Below, piece by piece: positions 56,132 to 64,000 of a DNA stretch of 64,000 bases. A program made the position numbers and the translations under genes. The DNA comes from Polyangiales bacterium (GTDB lineage Bacteria > Myxococcota_A > Polyangia > Polyangiales > Ga0077539): assembly GCA_044229975.1 (NCBI GenBank), contig JBGARZ010000009.1, positions 155,947 through 219,946 of the forward strand, written 5' to 3'. Numbering within the stretch: the stretch's first letter is position 1; every line of letters begins with the position of its first letter. The notes under the pieces were generated by a model, which saw nothing but the letters and a program-made list of their open reading frames with translations, made no database searches and had not been told where the DNA came from.

Positions 56132-57850
56132 ATGAGGGAACCGATGCCACGCCCATCCGCTGCTCCCCCGGCGTCAACCTTCCTCGCACAGCGCTGCGTC
56201 GCCGGGCGCTACGACGTCGTCGGCGCCCTCGACTCGGCGTCGAACCGGGGACGCCTCTTCACCTTCGCTGGCCGAGATCGCGAGACTGGTGACGGCGTGC
56301 TGATCTGTCAGCTTAAGCCGCTCTTCGCGCGCGACCCCAACGTGCGACGCGAACTGGCCGAAGGCGTGGCGAAGTCTGCGCTGCTCTCGCACCCTTCGAT
56401 TCGCGAGGTGCTCGCCTCGGAAATCGGGGACGGCACGGCGTTCTACGTCACCCGCTCTCTCGACGGGCAGACGGTGTCGCGGCGTCTGCGAGGCGGCGCG
56501 ATTTTCACGGAGCGGGAAGTGGTGCTCACCGCCAAGTCCCTGCTGGGAGCCCTGGTGCACGCTCACGAGCGCGGTGTGGTCTTCGGTGGCATCAAGCCAT
56601 CGAACGTCCTGCTGCGTCCCTCTCGCTGCGAAGGAATGCTGGTGGACCTGCCCCGTCCGCCCCTGGACGTGGCCGGCCTCACCCACGCCGCAGCGTATCT
56701 CGAGATCCCGCAAGATTGTGCGCCGGAGGTCCTCGCGACAGGCCGCTTCGACGCGCGTGCGGACCTCTACGGAGTCGGCGTGGTGATGTGGCAGATGGCG
56801 ACCGGTACCCTGGCATTTCGAGACCATCCGAACCTCGCCGACGTCCTGTCACTCGTGATCGAGGAGGGACTCCCCCCAGCCGAATCGGTGAACCCTGACC
56901 TCCATCCCGCTTTGGCCCGGTTGATCGCCCGGGCGACGGCACGCGATCCCGAGGAGCGCTTCGTCTCGGCAGCGGCCATGTTCACTGCGCTCGGCAAGCT
57001 CCCCACGCGAAACGCACCTCTGGTGTCGCCGCAGCGCCTCGACGCGCTCGTGCGCTCCTCGTTTCCGCAGCCCATCGCGCGCACCTATGCTTCCATCGAC
57101 GAGCGGGCAGGGGAGGACGAGCGCCTCGGGCGTCTCATCGACACCACTCACGTCGCCGTCCAGCTCGTCGCGTCACTGGTCATCATGGACCGACACCGCC
57201 AGGGTCTCCCCCCGCTACCCCTCACGAAGACGCCCGTCCCCTTCGCCCGACCCGCGCTCGGGCACTGGGTGTCGGTCGTGCGGGCGAACGCACTCGACCC
57301 CACCGGCGTGCTCCCGCAATTGCACCGCGCGCTGCTGGAAGACGACCAGCACGCGCACCTCCTACGGACGGCGATGGATCGTCTCGTCGAGGTGCGCAAC
57401 CAGTGCCGACACGGGAGTTCCCTGCCCGCCGCCGGATCGCGGCGTCTGCGGACCGATGCGAAGCCGCACCTGCTGACGATGCTCCGCCAGCTGCTCCTCC
57501 TGCGCGACCACACCCTCGTCGTCGTGGACGACATCGACTTTGCCGACGAGGGCTTCGAGTATGTGGTCCGCCCGCTGCGCGGCATGGTCGCGTCGCAACT
57601 GCAGGTCCGAGTCCGTGCGGCCGAGCGCTTCAAGCAGCACCACCTCTGCTTCGCGGATCACGACTTGGTGCCGCGAGTCGACCTGTACCCCCTCGTTCGC
57701 TGGAAGGACTGCCCGCGTTGCGACACGCAGGAGGTCTTCTTCTACGAGTCGGCGGGGGACGAGCGCGTGCACTACGTCTCCTACGACCACGGTCACTCCA
57801 TGAGCGACCCCGACATCCTGCCCGCTTTCCGGACGCTCGGGCTGCTCTGA
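56132..57850 (+). CDS. Pseudokinase (catalytic HRD replaced by FGG) with a C-terminal HEPN-like (Rx4H) domain; RNase L/Ire1-like architecture
   Basis: Kinase-fold landmarks are retained (VLICQLK, HPSIREV, GIKPSNVLL, CAPEVL, DLYGVGVVMWQMATG). The Gly-loop is degenerate. HRD is replaced by VFGGIKPSN and DFG by VDLPRP. The C-terminal 250 aa are homologous to the STAND N-terminal domains and include LVEVRNQCRH. Confidence 0.7.
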   Translation: MREPMPRPSAAPPASTFLAQRCVAGRYDVVGALDSASNRGRLFTFAGRDRETGDGVLICQLKPLFARDPNVRRELAEGVAKSALLSHPSIREVLASEIGDGTAFYVTRSLDGQTVSRRLRGGAIFTEREVVLTAKSLLGALVHAHERGVVFGGIKPSNVLLRPSRCEGMLVDLPRPPLDVAGLTHAAAYLEIPQDCAPEVLATGRFDARADLYGVGVVMWQMATGTLAFRDHPNLADVLSLVIEEGLPPAESVNPDLHPALARLIARATARDPEERFVSAAAMFTALGKLPTRNAPLVSPQRLDALVRSSFPQPIARTYASIDERAGEDERLGRLIDTTHVAVQLVASLVIMDRHRQGLPPLPLTKTPVPFARPALGHWVSVVRANALDPTGVLPQLHRALLEDDQHAHLLRTAMDRLVEVRNQCRHGSSLPAAGSRRLRTDAKPHLLTMLRQLLLLRDHTLVVVDDIDFADEGFEYVVRPLRGMVASQLQVRVRAAERFKQHHLCFADHDLVPRVDLYPLVRWKDCPRCDTQEVFFYESAGDERVHYVSYDHGHSMSDPDILPAFRTLGLL

Positions 57851-57960
57851 TCCAACGGCCAGGATTCGCTTCGAGGTCGACGCCCGACGTCAGGTTGGGC
57901 CGGTCATCGACGGTCTATCTGGCAGGGGCCGACAACGGGCTCGGCCAGATTGGAGTATCG

Positions 57961-58566
57961 ATGAACAAGATTCAGTACATCATCGCCCTCGTCCTCTCTC
58001 TCGGTGCGAGCGTGGTGCTCCCCACGACCACGTACGCCCAGGAGGCGCCAACCGACGAGGGGAGTCCGCAGGAGAACAGCGACGGTGTCTCCGAGGCCCT
58101 CGACCGCTTCGAATCGCGCCTGCGTGAGCTCGCGACCGAAGAGAACGCGCCCGAGGTCATCGCACGACTCGACGACGTCCCAACCGACACCGTGGTCGAT
58201 GAAGATCGATTCCGTGCCCTGATCAGGGAGTACACGGTGCGCTCTCTCCTGGCCTCGACCTCCGCCGCGACGGTCGGTGAGGACAACGTTGTGCCCATCC
58301 AGCAGACGCTCCAGCGCGCCGCCGCCGCGCACGGTGACCGCTTGGTGCGGGCGCTCACCAGGCTCCACGCGCAGCACGGTGACGCCTGCTACGAGCAGGC
58401 GCGCACCCTGATCGAAGACGCCGCAGATCCCGACGTCGAGGTCTCCAGCCTCGGCCAGCAGGTGATCGCGCTGTCCGAGGCGCTCCGGTCGGAGGATGAC
58501 CCGGACACCTCGGAGCGGGTGCTCCTCGAAGGGGTCCGGCTGTTGCGGAACGCGTCCGGGCGCTGA
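57961..58566 (+). CDS. Small secreted acidic protein (hypothetical)
   Basis: The ATG at 57961 follows GGAGT. Signal peptide MNKIQYIIALVLSLGASVVLPTTTYAQE. It is the C-terminal part of ORF 57403..58566. Confidence 0.5.
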   Translation: MNKIQYIIALVLSLGASVVLPTTTYAQEAPTDEGSPQENSDGVSEALDRFESRLRELATEENAPEVIARLDDVPTDTVVDEDRFRALIREYTVRSLLASTSAATVGEDNVVPIQQTLQRAAAAHGDRLVRALTRLHAQHGDACYEQARTLIEDAADPDVEVSSLGQQVIALSEALRSEDDPDTSERVLLEGVRLLRNASGR

Positions 58567-58846
58567 GACGCCCCCAATCCTCCAACGCGTCTGCAGTTCG
58601 TCTCGCGCCAGAAGGGGTTTCGACACGAACGGCAGGCGGATTGCGGGCAAGCAGAGACACTGGTACCTCTGTCGCGCGACGGCGGGGCTTAGCGCTCGGC
58701 GGACTCGGTACGAAACGGCAATCACCTGCACCACCGCCAACCACCATCCGCCAGCGGGCTGACGCGACAGTGTGTGGATGGGTCGTCACCGATCGACACG
58801 ATCCACGCGTCCCCGGCCGTTCTTTCCCCGACAGAAAGACTCTCGC

Positions 58847-59755
58847 ATGCAGCCCTTTGAGCTCATCAGACCAACCACGGGCAACTCTCTCCTGCCACCG
58901 GACAAGCCGATCGTACTATCGGCAGAGGACCCGATTCGCGGTGACCCTGCGTGCGTCCCCTATGTGCTCGATGCGTCCTTGGCCGTCGCGATCAACACGG
59001 CCATCGCCGTCGACCAGCCGTTGCTTGTCACAGGCGAGCCAGGCTGTGGCAAGACGACCCTCGCCTGGGCGATCGCCAGCCAACTCGGCACCACGGTCGA
59101 GGCCTTCCACGTGAAGTCCACTTCCACGGCGCGTGACCTGCTCTACAGCATGGACAATCTGCGCCGATTCCACGACGCGAACTCGAAGGTGGAACTCGCG
59201 GGTGAGCCGCGACACTACCTTCGGCTCGAAGCCCTCGGGCGGGCGTTTACCGCGGACGTCACCCGAGTCGTGCTCATCGACGAGATCGACAAGGCACCGC
59301 GCGATCTCCCCAACGACCTCCTCCGCGAGCTCGACGAGAAGGCCTTCACCATCGTGGAGACGGGAGAGGTGGTGCGGCAGCGGGTGCCTCAAGTGATCGT
59401 GATCACCAGCAACCGCGATCGGCAGCTGTCGGATGCGTTTCTGCGCCGCTGCGTCTACGCGCACATTCCCTTCCCGAGCCCGGAAGTCCTGGTCAAGGTC
59501 ATCGCGGCGCATGCGGGAGCACGGGGCGTGGGCGTCGATCTCGTCGACGCGGCCGTGCGGCGTTTTGGCGAGCTGCGCGACAGCGGGCTGGAAAAGAAGC
59601 CCGCGACGAGCGAACTCCTCGCGTGGGTGCTGGTGCTGCATCGACGAGGAACCACCGCGGCGTCGATCGAAGAGTGCCCGCTCGGTGCCCTGCCCGGACT
59701 CGAGCTGTTGGTGAAAACACCGGAGGACCTTCACCGGATCGTCGCGCAGGGGTGA
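58847..59755 (+). CDS. MoxR-family AAA+ ATPase
   Basis: Walker A reads LLVTGEPGCGKTTLAWA. Walker B reads VVLIDEIDKAPRDLPNDLLRELDE. Sensor motifs VIVITSNR and LSDAFLRRCVYAHIPFP are present. It is the internal ATG of ORF 58772..59755. Confidence 0.85.
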   Translation: MQPFELIRPTTGNSLLPPDKPIVLSAEDPIRGDPACVPYVLDASLAVAINTAIAVDQPLLVTGEPGCGKTTLAWAIASQLGTTVEAFHVKSTSTARDLLYSMDNLRRFHDANSKVELAGEPRHYLRLEALGRAFTADVTRVVLIDEIDKAPRDLPNDLLRELDEKAFTIVETGEVVRQRVPQVIVITSNRDRQLSDAFLRRCVYAHIPFPSPEVLVKVIAAHAGARGVGVDLVDAAVRRFGELRDSGLEKKPATSELLAWVLVLHRRGTTAASIEECPLGALPGLELLVKTPEDLHRIVAQG

Positions 59756-59785
59756 CCTGAGCGGAGGACAGGGAGAGAAGGTTCG

Positions 59786-61186
59786 TTGAGCGCTCAACCA
59801 ATAGACGACCGCGAGGAGTTGCGGCGCTGGGTCACCAAGGTCGCGATCGCCCGCGCGGGCGGCGACCGGGACAACGTTGCGCGCTGTGTCTCGGCGCTAG
59901 CGGAGGGCGTCCTTCGTCTCGCGTTGAAACGACAGGTCCCTGAGCCCATCTACGACCGCGCGTTGCAGGCCGTGCTCAAGGGGAAACAACGCCGGCCGAC
60001 GCTGGGCGACTATGTGCAAGTCTATGCGATGTGCCAGCCAGACCCTTCCTGTCGCCTGCCGACGGTCGATCTGGGCCTCATCCGGCGGCTCCCGCTGGTA
60101 CGAAATGCGGGACAGCACTTTGGTCTATCCGAGCCGGAGAACCTGACCTCACCCGTCGAGGTCTACGTGGAGGCGATCCGGCCGCTGGCCCTGGCCATCG
60201 AGGTGTTCGACGACGAAGAACTCACGGCCCTGGAGCACGGCCCGACCGATCTCCCCGTCCGCCTCACGCTCGATCGGGTGCCACAGCGCGAAGAGCTTTC
60301 CGGGTTCCTTCGGGATGCGAGGGGGCGCGACCGGCGGCTGATCGCTCTTTGGCTCGAAGGCGAGACGCGACAGGGCGTTCGTACGTACTACGAACGAATC
60401 TGTCATGAACTCGCGGAACAGCGGATCACTATCGAGCAACAGATCGAAGGCGAGGATGGCAGCGCCGCCGGCCGTGGCGTCCGCTGGGCGAGGGGTCTGG
60501 CTGATCCGGCCTCGCGCCTGACGTCGCTGATCGAGTCCCTGATGCGTTCCCTCACGACAAGATTGCCGGGAGAGTCAAGGCTCCCTCCTCCGCCAGTCGA
60601 ACGGCTCTCCCTGCATGGAAAGCCGAACGCGCGTTGGGACGAGTGGCTGGATGGGCTGGCGGAGGTGTTGTGGAAGAAGGCTCGTCTCCGCCGGATGCTG
60701 GTGCGCCACGTCGTCGGTCCAGACGAGCGAATCCATCGTTCCGACGAGGCTGTCGTTGGCCGTTATCTGGAGCTCGTGTGGGGTCGCGTCGCGGTGCTCA
60801 TGCGCACGTCGAGGGGCTCGGACATCCGTGTCGTGCTCTCCTTCGAAGTGGAGCGTAGTCGTCTCATTCTGGGAGGGCCGCGTGGCCCGTGGCGCAGCGT
60901 GCTGCGAGCGCTCAGGCAGTGGTGGGAGCGGCGATCCCTGGCAGCGATGCGGGCGCGGCTCGAATCAACGCGCCTTGGCGAAGGCCCGTTGGCGGTAGCG
61001 CTGTCGCCACTCGCGGGCGTACCTGTCGATGCCATCACGAAGGAACTGCGAGATCGCGGCTTCCCCCGAAGTCGACTCGCCGAGACGGCGGCGGATCTCT
61101 GGTACGAGACCGACTGTGGGCGCTACGAGGAGTTGATCGAAAAGATCCCTGAGCGCCTGGACCGTGACGAGGACGAGGGGCGGTGA
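59786..61186 (+). CDS. Hypothetical protein (466 aa) with an N-terminal HEPN-like (Rx4H) domain
   Basis: The N-terminal 150 aa align with the STAND N-terminal domains and include LPLVRNAGQH. It lies between the MoxR ATPase gene and the VWA protein gene. The C-terminal part is of unknown function. Confidence 0.5.
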   Translation: MSAQPIDDREELRRWVTKVAIARAGGDRDNVARCVSALAEGVLRLALKRQVPEPIYDRALQAVLKGKQRRPTLGDYVQVYAMCQPDPSCRLPTVDLGLIRRLPLVRNAGQHFGLSEPENLTSPVEVYVEAIRPLALAIEVFDDEELTALEHGPTDLPVRLTLDRVPQREELSGFLRDARGRDRRLIALWLEGETRQGVRTYYERICHELAEQRITIEQQIEGEDGSAAGRGVRWARGLADPASRLTSLIESLMRSLTTRLPGESRLPPPPVERLSLHGKPNARWDEWLDGLAEVLWKKARLRRMLVRHVVGPDERIHRSDEAVVGRYLELVWGRVAVLMRTSRGSDIRVVLSFEVERSRLILGGPRGPWRSVLRALRQWWERRSLAAMRARLESTRLGEGPLAVALSPLAGVPVDAITKELRDRGFPRSRLAETAADLWYETDCGRYEELIEKIPERLDRDEDEGR

Positions 61187-63999
61187 GCGTCTCGCTCGAC
61201 GCACTCCTCCATGCCCTGCAAGGAGAGGGCTTTCAGATCGGCGTCGACGACCATTTGCGGCTGGGGCGTCTGCTCGCGAACTTCTCCGGCGACCACGATG
61301 CATGGCGGTTCGCTGTACGCTCGTTGCTGGCCCGGACACCCAACGCGATCGAGACCTTCGACGCGGTGTTTGCGCGTGTTGGGGGACCCTGGCCGACGCC
61401 CACCTCGACGGAGGATCATGCGACGGTCCGCTCGCCGCCCAGATCTGCGACACGTAGACGCGTGGTGCCCTGGGCGCTCCTCCTCATACTCGCAGCCCTC
61501 GCGACTGCGTGGCTCCTGGCGCGCGTCGACCGGCCGACGACGTTCGGAAGGTCACCTGATGCGGGGAGTGAGGGTGAAACACCGGTCGTCATCTCGCTCG
61601 ATGCCGGTCGGGCGCGGGCCTACGACGCATCGGTCTCGCGAGACGTGGAGGTTGTCGACTCGGGGCCGATCGACGCCGTGGCTCCCGTCGAGGCTCGGCC
61701 CCACCTGCTAGAGAGCCCAACTCGGTTGTCGAAGTCCCTCACCGTCGACCAGAGACGCGACCTTGAAGACGGGTTTCCGGCAGCTCCCACGTTGCCGCGC
61801 TCGGTACGGTGGGCGGGGCTGGTGGCGCTGGTCTCTGCGCTGGTGGGGGCGGGATCATGGATTGCGCGTCGGCGCGGCATGCGGGCGCTGCAGCGGGGGC
61901 CCTGGCATCTCGTGCTACGAGTGCCCGAAGAACTGGGCGTCCCGTCGTGGCCGAAGCGAACAGTGTACGCTGTGGCAGACGCGCTGGCGCTGATTCCCAC
62001 GGGCACGACGGAAGAGGAACTCGATGTCGACGCCACCATCGACGCGACCGTCGCGACTGGGGGCTACCTCGCTCCACGTTATGTGCAGCGTGCAGGCGTC
62101 CCGAGCGTCGCTTTCGTACTCGACAATTCTTCGGCCTCGCGCGCGTGGCGGACCCTCTTCGAAGACCTCTCGCGCCGCGTGGGGAGGGCGGGCATCGAGG
62201 TCGAACGGTGGACCTCGCAGGCTCATGAGCCGCGGCTTCGCGACGAAGAAGGGCGCCCTGCTGCGGGGGGCGAACGTACGCTGCTAGAGGGTGTCGATCG
62301 CGTGGTGGTGTTTGGCGACGACGCGAACCGTACTGCGCAGTCCAGCGATCGTAGCGGCCGAAACGTCGAAACGCGGGTACTCCGTCTGTTTCCCAATCGT
62401 CCTGCGACGGAGGCTCCGACGGACGCCGTCATCGCGTGGATGAGAGGTGAGCGCCCCAGAGCACGACCGATAGGGGCTGCGCGTCCTCCCGCGCGGCTCC
62501 TGGCGCTCGATACACCACCATCGGAGAGCCTGGAGCAGGTGCGGAACTTTGTCGGCGCTGAAGCGTGGCGGGTCTTGCAAGTGGCGTCACTCGCACCGGT
62601 CCCCCACCCCGGCGTGATCGACTGGCTGGTCGATGCGCTTCAACTCCCTTACCCCGAGAGCGGCCGACTGAAGGTATTGTCACTACCGTGGTTCGCCGAA
62701 GGTCGCTGGCCGACCGGATGGGCGTCCGCGGCGCTGGCGTCACTACGCGCGGACGAGCCTGCGTTCGCGGCGCGCGCTGGTGACGCATGGACGCGGTTGT
62801 TTGCCCGGATGGTTCCAGCTTCGGACGGCCACGCCCGAGCGTTGTGGTCAGCCCACGCTCGATCAGCGGGGACAGGCGCAACTGACGTCTTGGAGAACCC
62901 AGGTGGCCGCAGACTAAGAATGTTGGCATGGGTGGCGGGCGGTCTGACCGTGTGCGCGCTGATGCTCGTGACGGTCTCGGCGTGGCGGTGGCGCCAGGAG
63001 AGGCGAGCGTGGGAACAACTGGTGGCGATGCCCCGTCCGATCGTTGGCGGGATGCCTATCGCGGTCCTGGAGGCGGCCTGTTGGGCGGGAGAGCCGAGAC
63101 CGTGCGTCGCGCTCGGTATCCGGGTCGAGACCGGTCTTGGGATCACGCGGCCGGAGGTTCCAGTCGGCGAGACGCCAACGAGTGAATCGCTCGCTCGTCG
63201 GTGGTATCAGCGTGCCTGCGACCTTGGGAGCGGACGCGGCTGCTGGCGGGTCGGCGTGTTGATGGAGCGCGCGCTCAACCGCGACCCCGCGGCTGAGCCG
63301 TCACCGGTCGCAGCGATCACGTCCATGTACGATGAGGCATGTCGAAAGGGCGAGCGGCCGGCGTGCCTGGGACGAGGCTTCATCGTCGACGACCAACGGT
63401 GTCCAGCATCGACGGCATTCGTGGCAAGCGAATCGTTCCTACAGGGTTCTCCCTTCGGACCGGGCGACGAGGAGCGATTTCGCAACAGCGGTCCGCTGTC
63501 TGCTGGCGCGCGAGACGAGCACCCTCAACGCCAGGTGACCCTCTCGTCGTATTGTATCGATAGGCGGGAGGTGAGTGTTCGGGAGTATCGGGCATGCGTG
63601 GAGGCGGGCGCGTGCCGACCGGCGCATCAGATGCCGTGGCGGCAGGAGGGCGGCGAGCTACTTCCTCCTTTGTCGGGACACATGTGCAATGATCGGGCAG
63701 CGGGCGGAGAGCTCGACGGGCATCCAGTCAACTGTACCGACTGGTCGATGGCCGTCGACTATTGCCGGTGGCGGGGAGCGCGCCTGCCAACCGAGGCCGA
63801 GTGGGAGCTGGCGGCGGGGAGTGGTGATGGATTCCCTTGGGGGAGCGTCGCGGTCGGTCCGGGTCTGCTCAACGTCTGCGGCACCGAGTGTGCGGAGGGG
63901 GTCGGCGAGTATGAAGAGAACGTTCCCACGATGTATTCCGAGAGTGACGGGTATCCTGGTACCGCGCCGGTTGGCAGCTTCCCCGCGGGGGCCTCATCC
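61183..63999 (+). CDS. Large membrane protein with VWA (MIDAS DxSxS), Sel1-like repeats and a C-terminal FGE-sulfatase (formylglycine-generating-enzyme-like) domain; partial, continues beyond the window end
   Basis: Open frame of 939 codons from GTG at 61183 (GTGA overlap with the upstream stop) to the window end, with no stop codon. It is not in the ORF track for that reason. VAFVLDNSSAS is a VWA MIDAS motif. Two or three TM helices are present. Sel1-like repeats read WYQRACDLGSGRGCWRVGVLMERAL and MYDEACRKGERPACLGRGF. The FGE domain reads PVNCTDWSMAVDYCRWRGARLPTEAEWELAAGSGDGFPWG. Confidence 0.7.
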   Translation, partial: MSVSLDALLHALQGEGFQIGVDDHLRLGRLLANFSGDHDAWRFAVRSLLARTPNAIETFDAVFARVGGPWPTPTSTEDHATVRSPPRSATRRRVVPWALLLILAALATAWLLARVDRPTTFGRSPDAGSEGETPVVISLDAGRARAYDASVSRDVEVVDSGPIDAVAPVEARPHLLESPTRLSKSLTVDQRRDLEDGFPAAPTLPRSVRWAGLVALVSALVGAGSWIARRRGMRALQRGPWHLVLRVPEELGVPSWPKRTVYAVADALALIPTGTTEEELDVDATIDATVATGGYLAPRYVQRAGVPSVAFVLDNSSASRAWRTLFEDLSRRVGRAGIEVERWTSQAHEPRLRDEEGRPAAGGERTLLEGVDRVVVFGDDANRTAQSSDRSGRNVETRVLRLFPNRPATEAPTDAVIAWMRGERPRARPIGAARPPARLLALDTPPSESLEQVRNFVGAEAWRVLQVASLAPVPHPGVIDWLVDALQLPYPESGRLKVLSLPWFAEGRWPTGWASAALASLRADEPAFAARAGDAWTRLFARMVPASDGHARALWSAHARSAGTGATDVLENPGGRRLRMLAWVAGGLTVCALMLVTVSAWRWRQERRAWEQLVAMPRPIVGGMPIAVLEAACWAGEPRPCVALGIRVETGLGITRPEVPVGETPTSESLARRWYQRACDLGSGRGCWRVGVLMERALNRDPAAEPSPVAAITSMYDEACRKGERPACLGRGFIVDDQRCPASTAFVASESFLQGSPFGPGDEERFRNSGPLSAGARDEHPQRQVTLSSYCIDRREVSVREYRACVEAGACRPAHQMPWRQEGGELLPPLSGHMCNDRAAGGELDGHPVNCTDWSMAVDYCRWRGARLPTEAEWELAAGSGDGFPWGSVAVGPGLLNVCGTECAEGVGEYEENVPTMYSESDGYPGTAPVGSFPAGASS

Positions 64000-64000
64000 A

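Noticed and set aside
1-64000. CRISPR arrays, rRNA genes, transposases and integrases
   Set aside because: I saw no regularly spaced direct repeats with unique spacers, no rRNA-like conserved sequence, and no DDE transposase or tyrosine/serine recombinase signature in any frame. The tandem repeats I did find are intragenic (WD40 units, the 33 bp and 18 bp duplications).

Overview
High-GC (~70%) chromosomal segment with myxobacterial-type gene content: many lipoproteins, Ser/Thr kinases, STAND-WD40 proteins, ECF sigma factors and FGE-sulfatase fusions. Positions 1 to about 31.5 kb look like core genome. They carry relA/spoT, glyS, asnS, a histidine kinase/response regulator pair, an ECF sigma/anti-sigma pair, a penicillin-acylase-family operon, several lipoprotein operons and a D-aminoacylase gene. 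At about 31.6 kb there is a genome-decay scar. It consists of a bidirectional terminator hairpin, the 3' half of a tRNA-Met-like gene with no 5' half, and a 5'-truncated, triply frameshifted pntB pseudogene. From about 33 kb to the window end the content is accessory. It includes an ECF-sigma-like protein with a long C-terminal extension coupled to a HExxH/zinc-ribbon protein, and secreted proteins. The main feature is a roughly 22 kb locus from 41.4 kb to the window end. Two paralogous STAND P-loop NTPase/WD40 proteins sit divergently around a one-directional array. The array encodes a Lon-like protease/TPR protein, a sigma-region-4/Ser-Thr kinase fusion, a pseudokinase, a MoxR AAA+ ATPase and a VWA/Sel1/FGE protein that runs off the window end. 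Four proteins in this locus share a roughly 150 aa helical domain with a conserved [LV]RNxxxH (Rx4H) motif, which I interpret as a HEPN-like RNase domain. One of them is a pseudokinase followed by this domain, which resembles the RNase L/Ire1 architecture. This is the best candidate for an undescribed conflict or signalling system in the window. The ORF track lists only ORFs that end inside the window, so the GT2 gene at the left edge and the large ORF from 61183 onward were found by reading the sequence directly.
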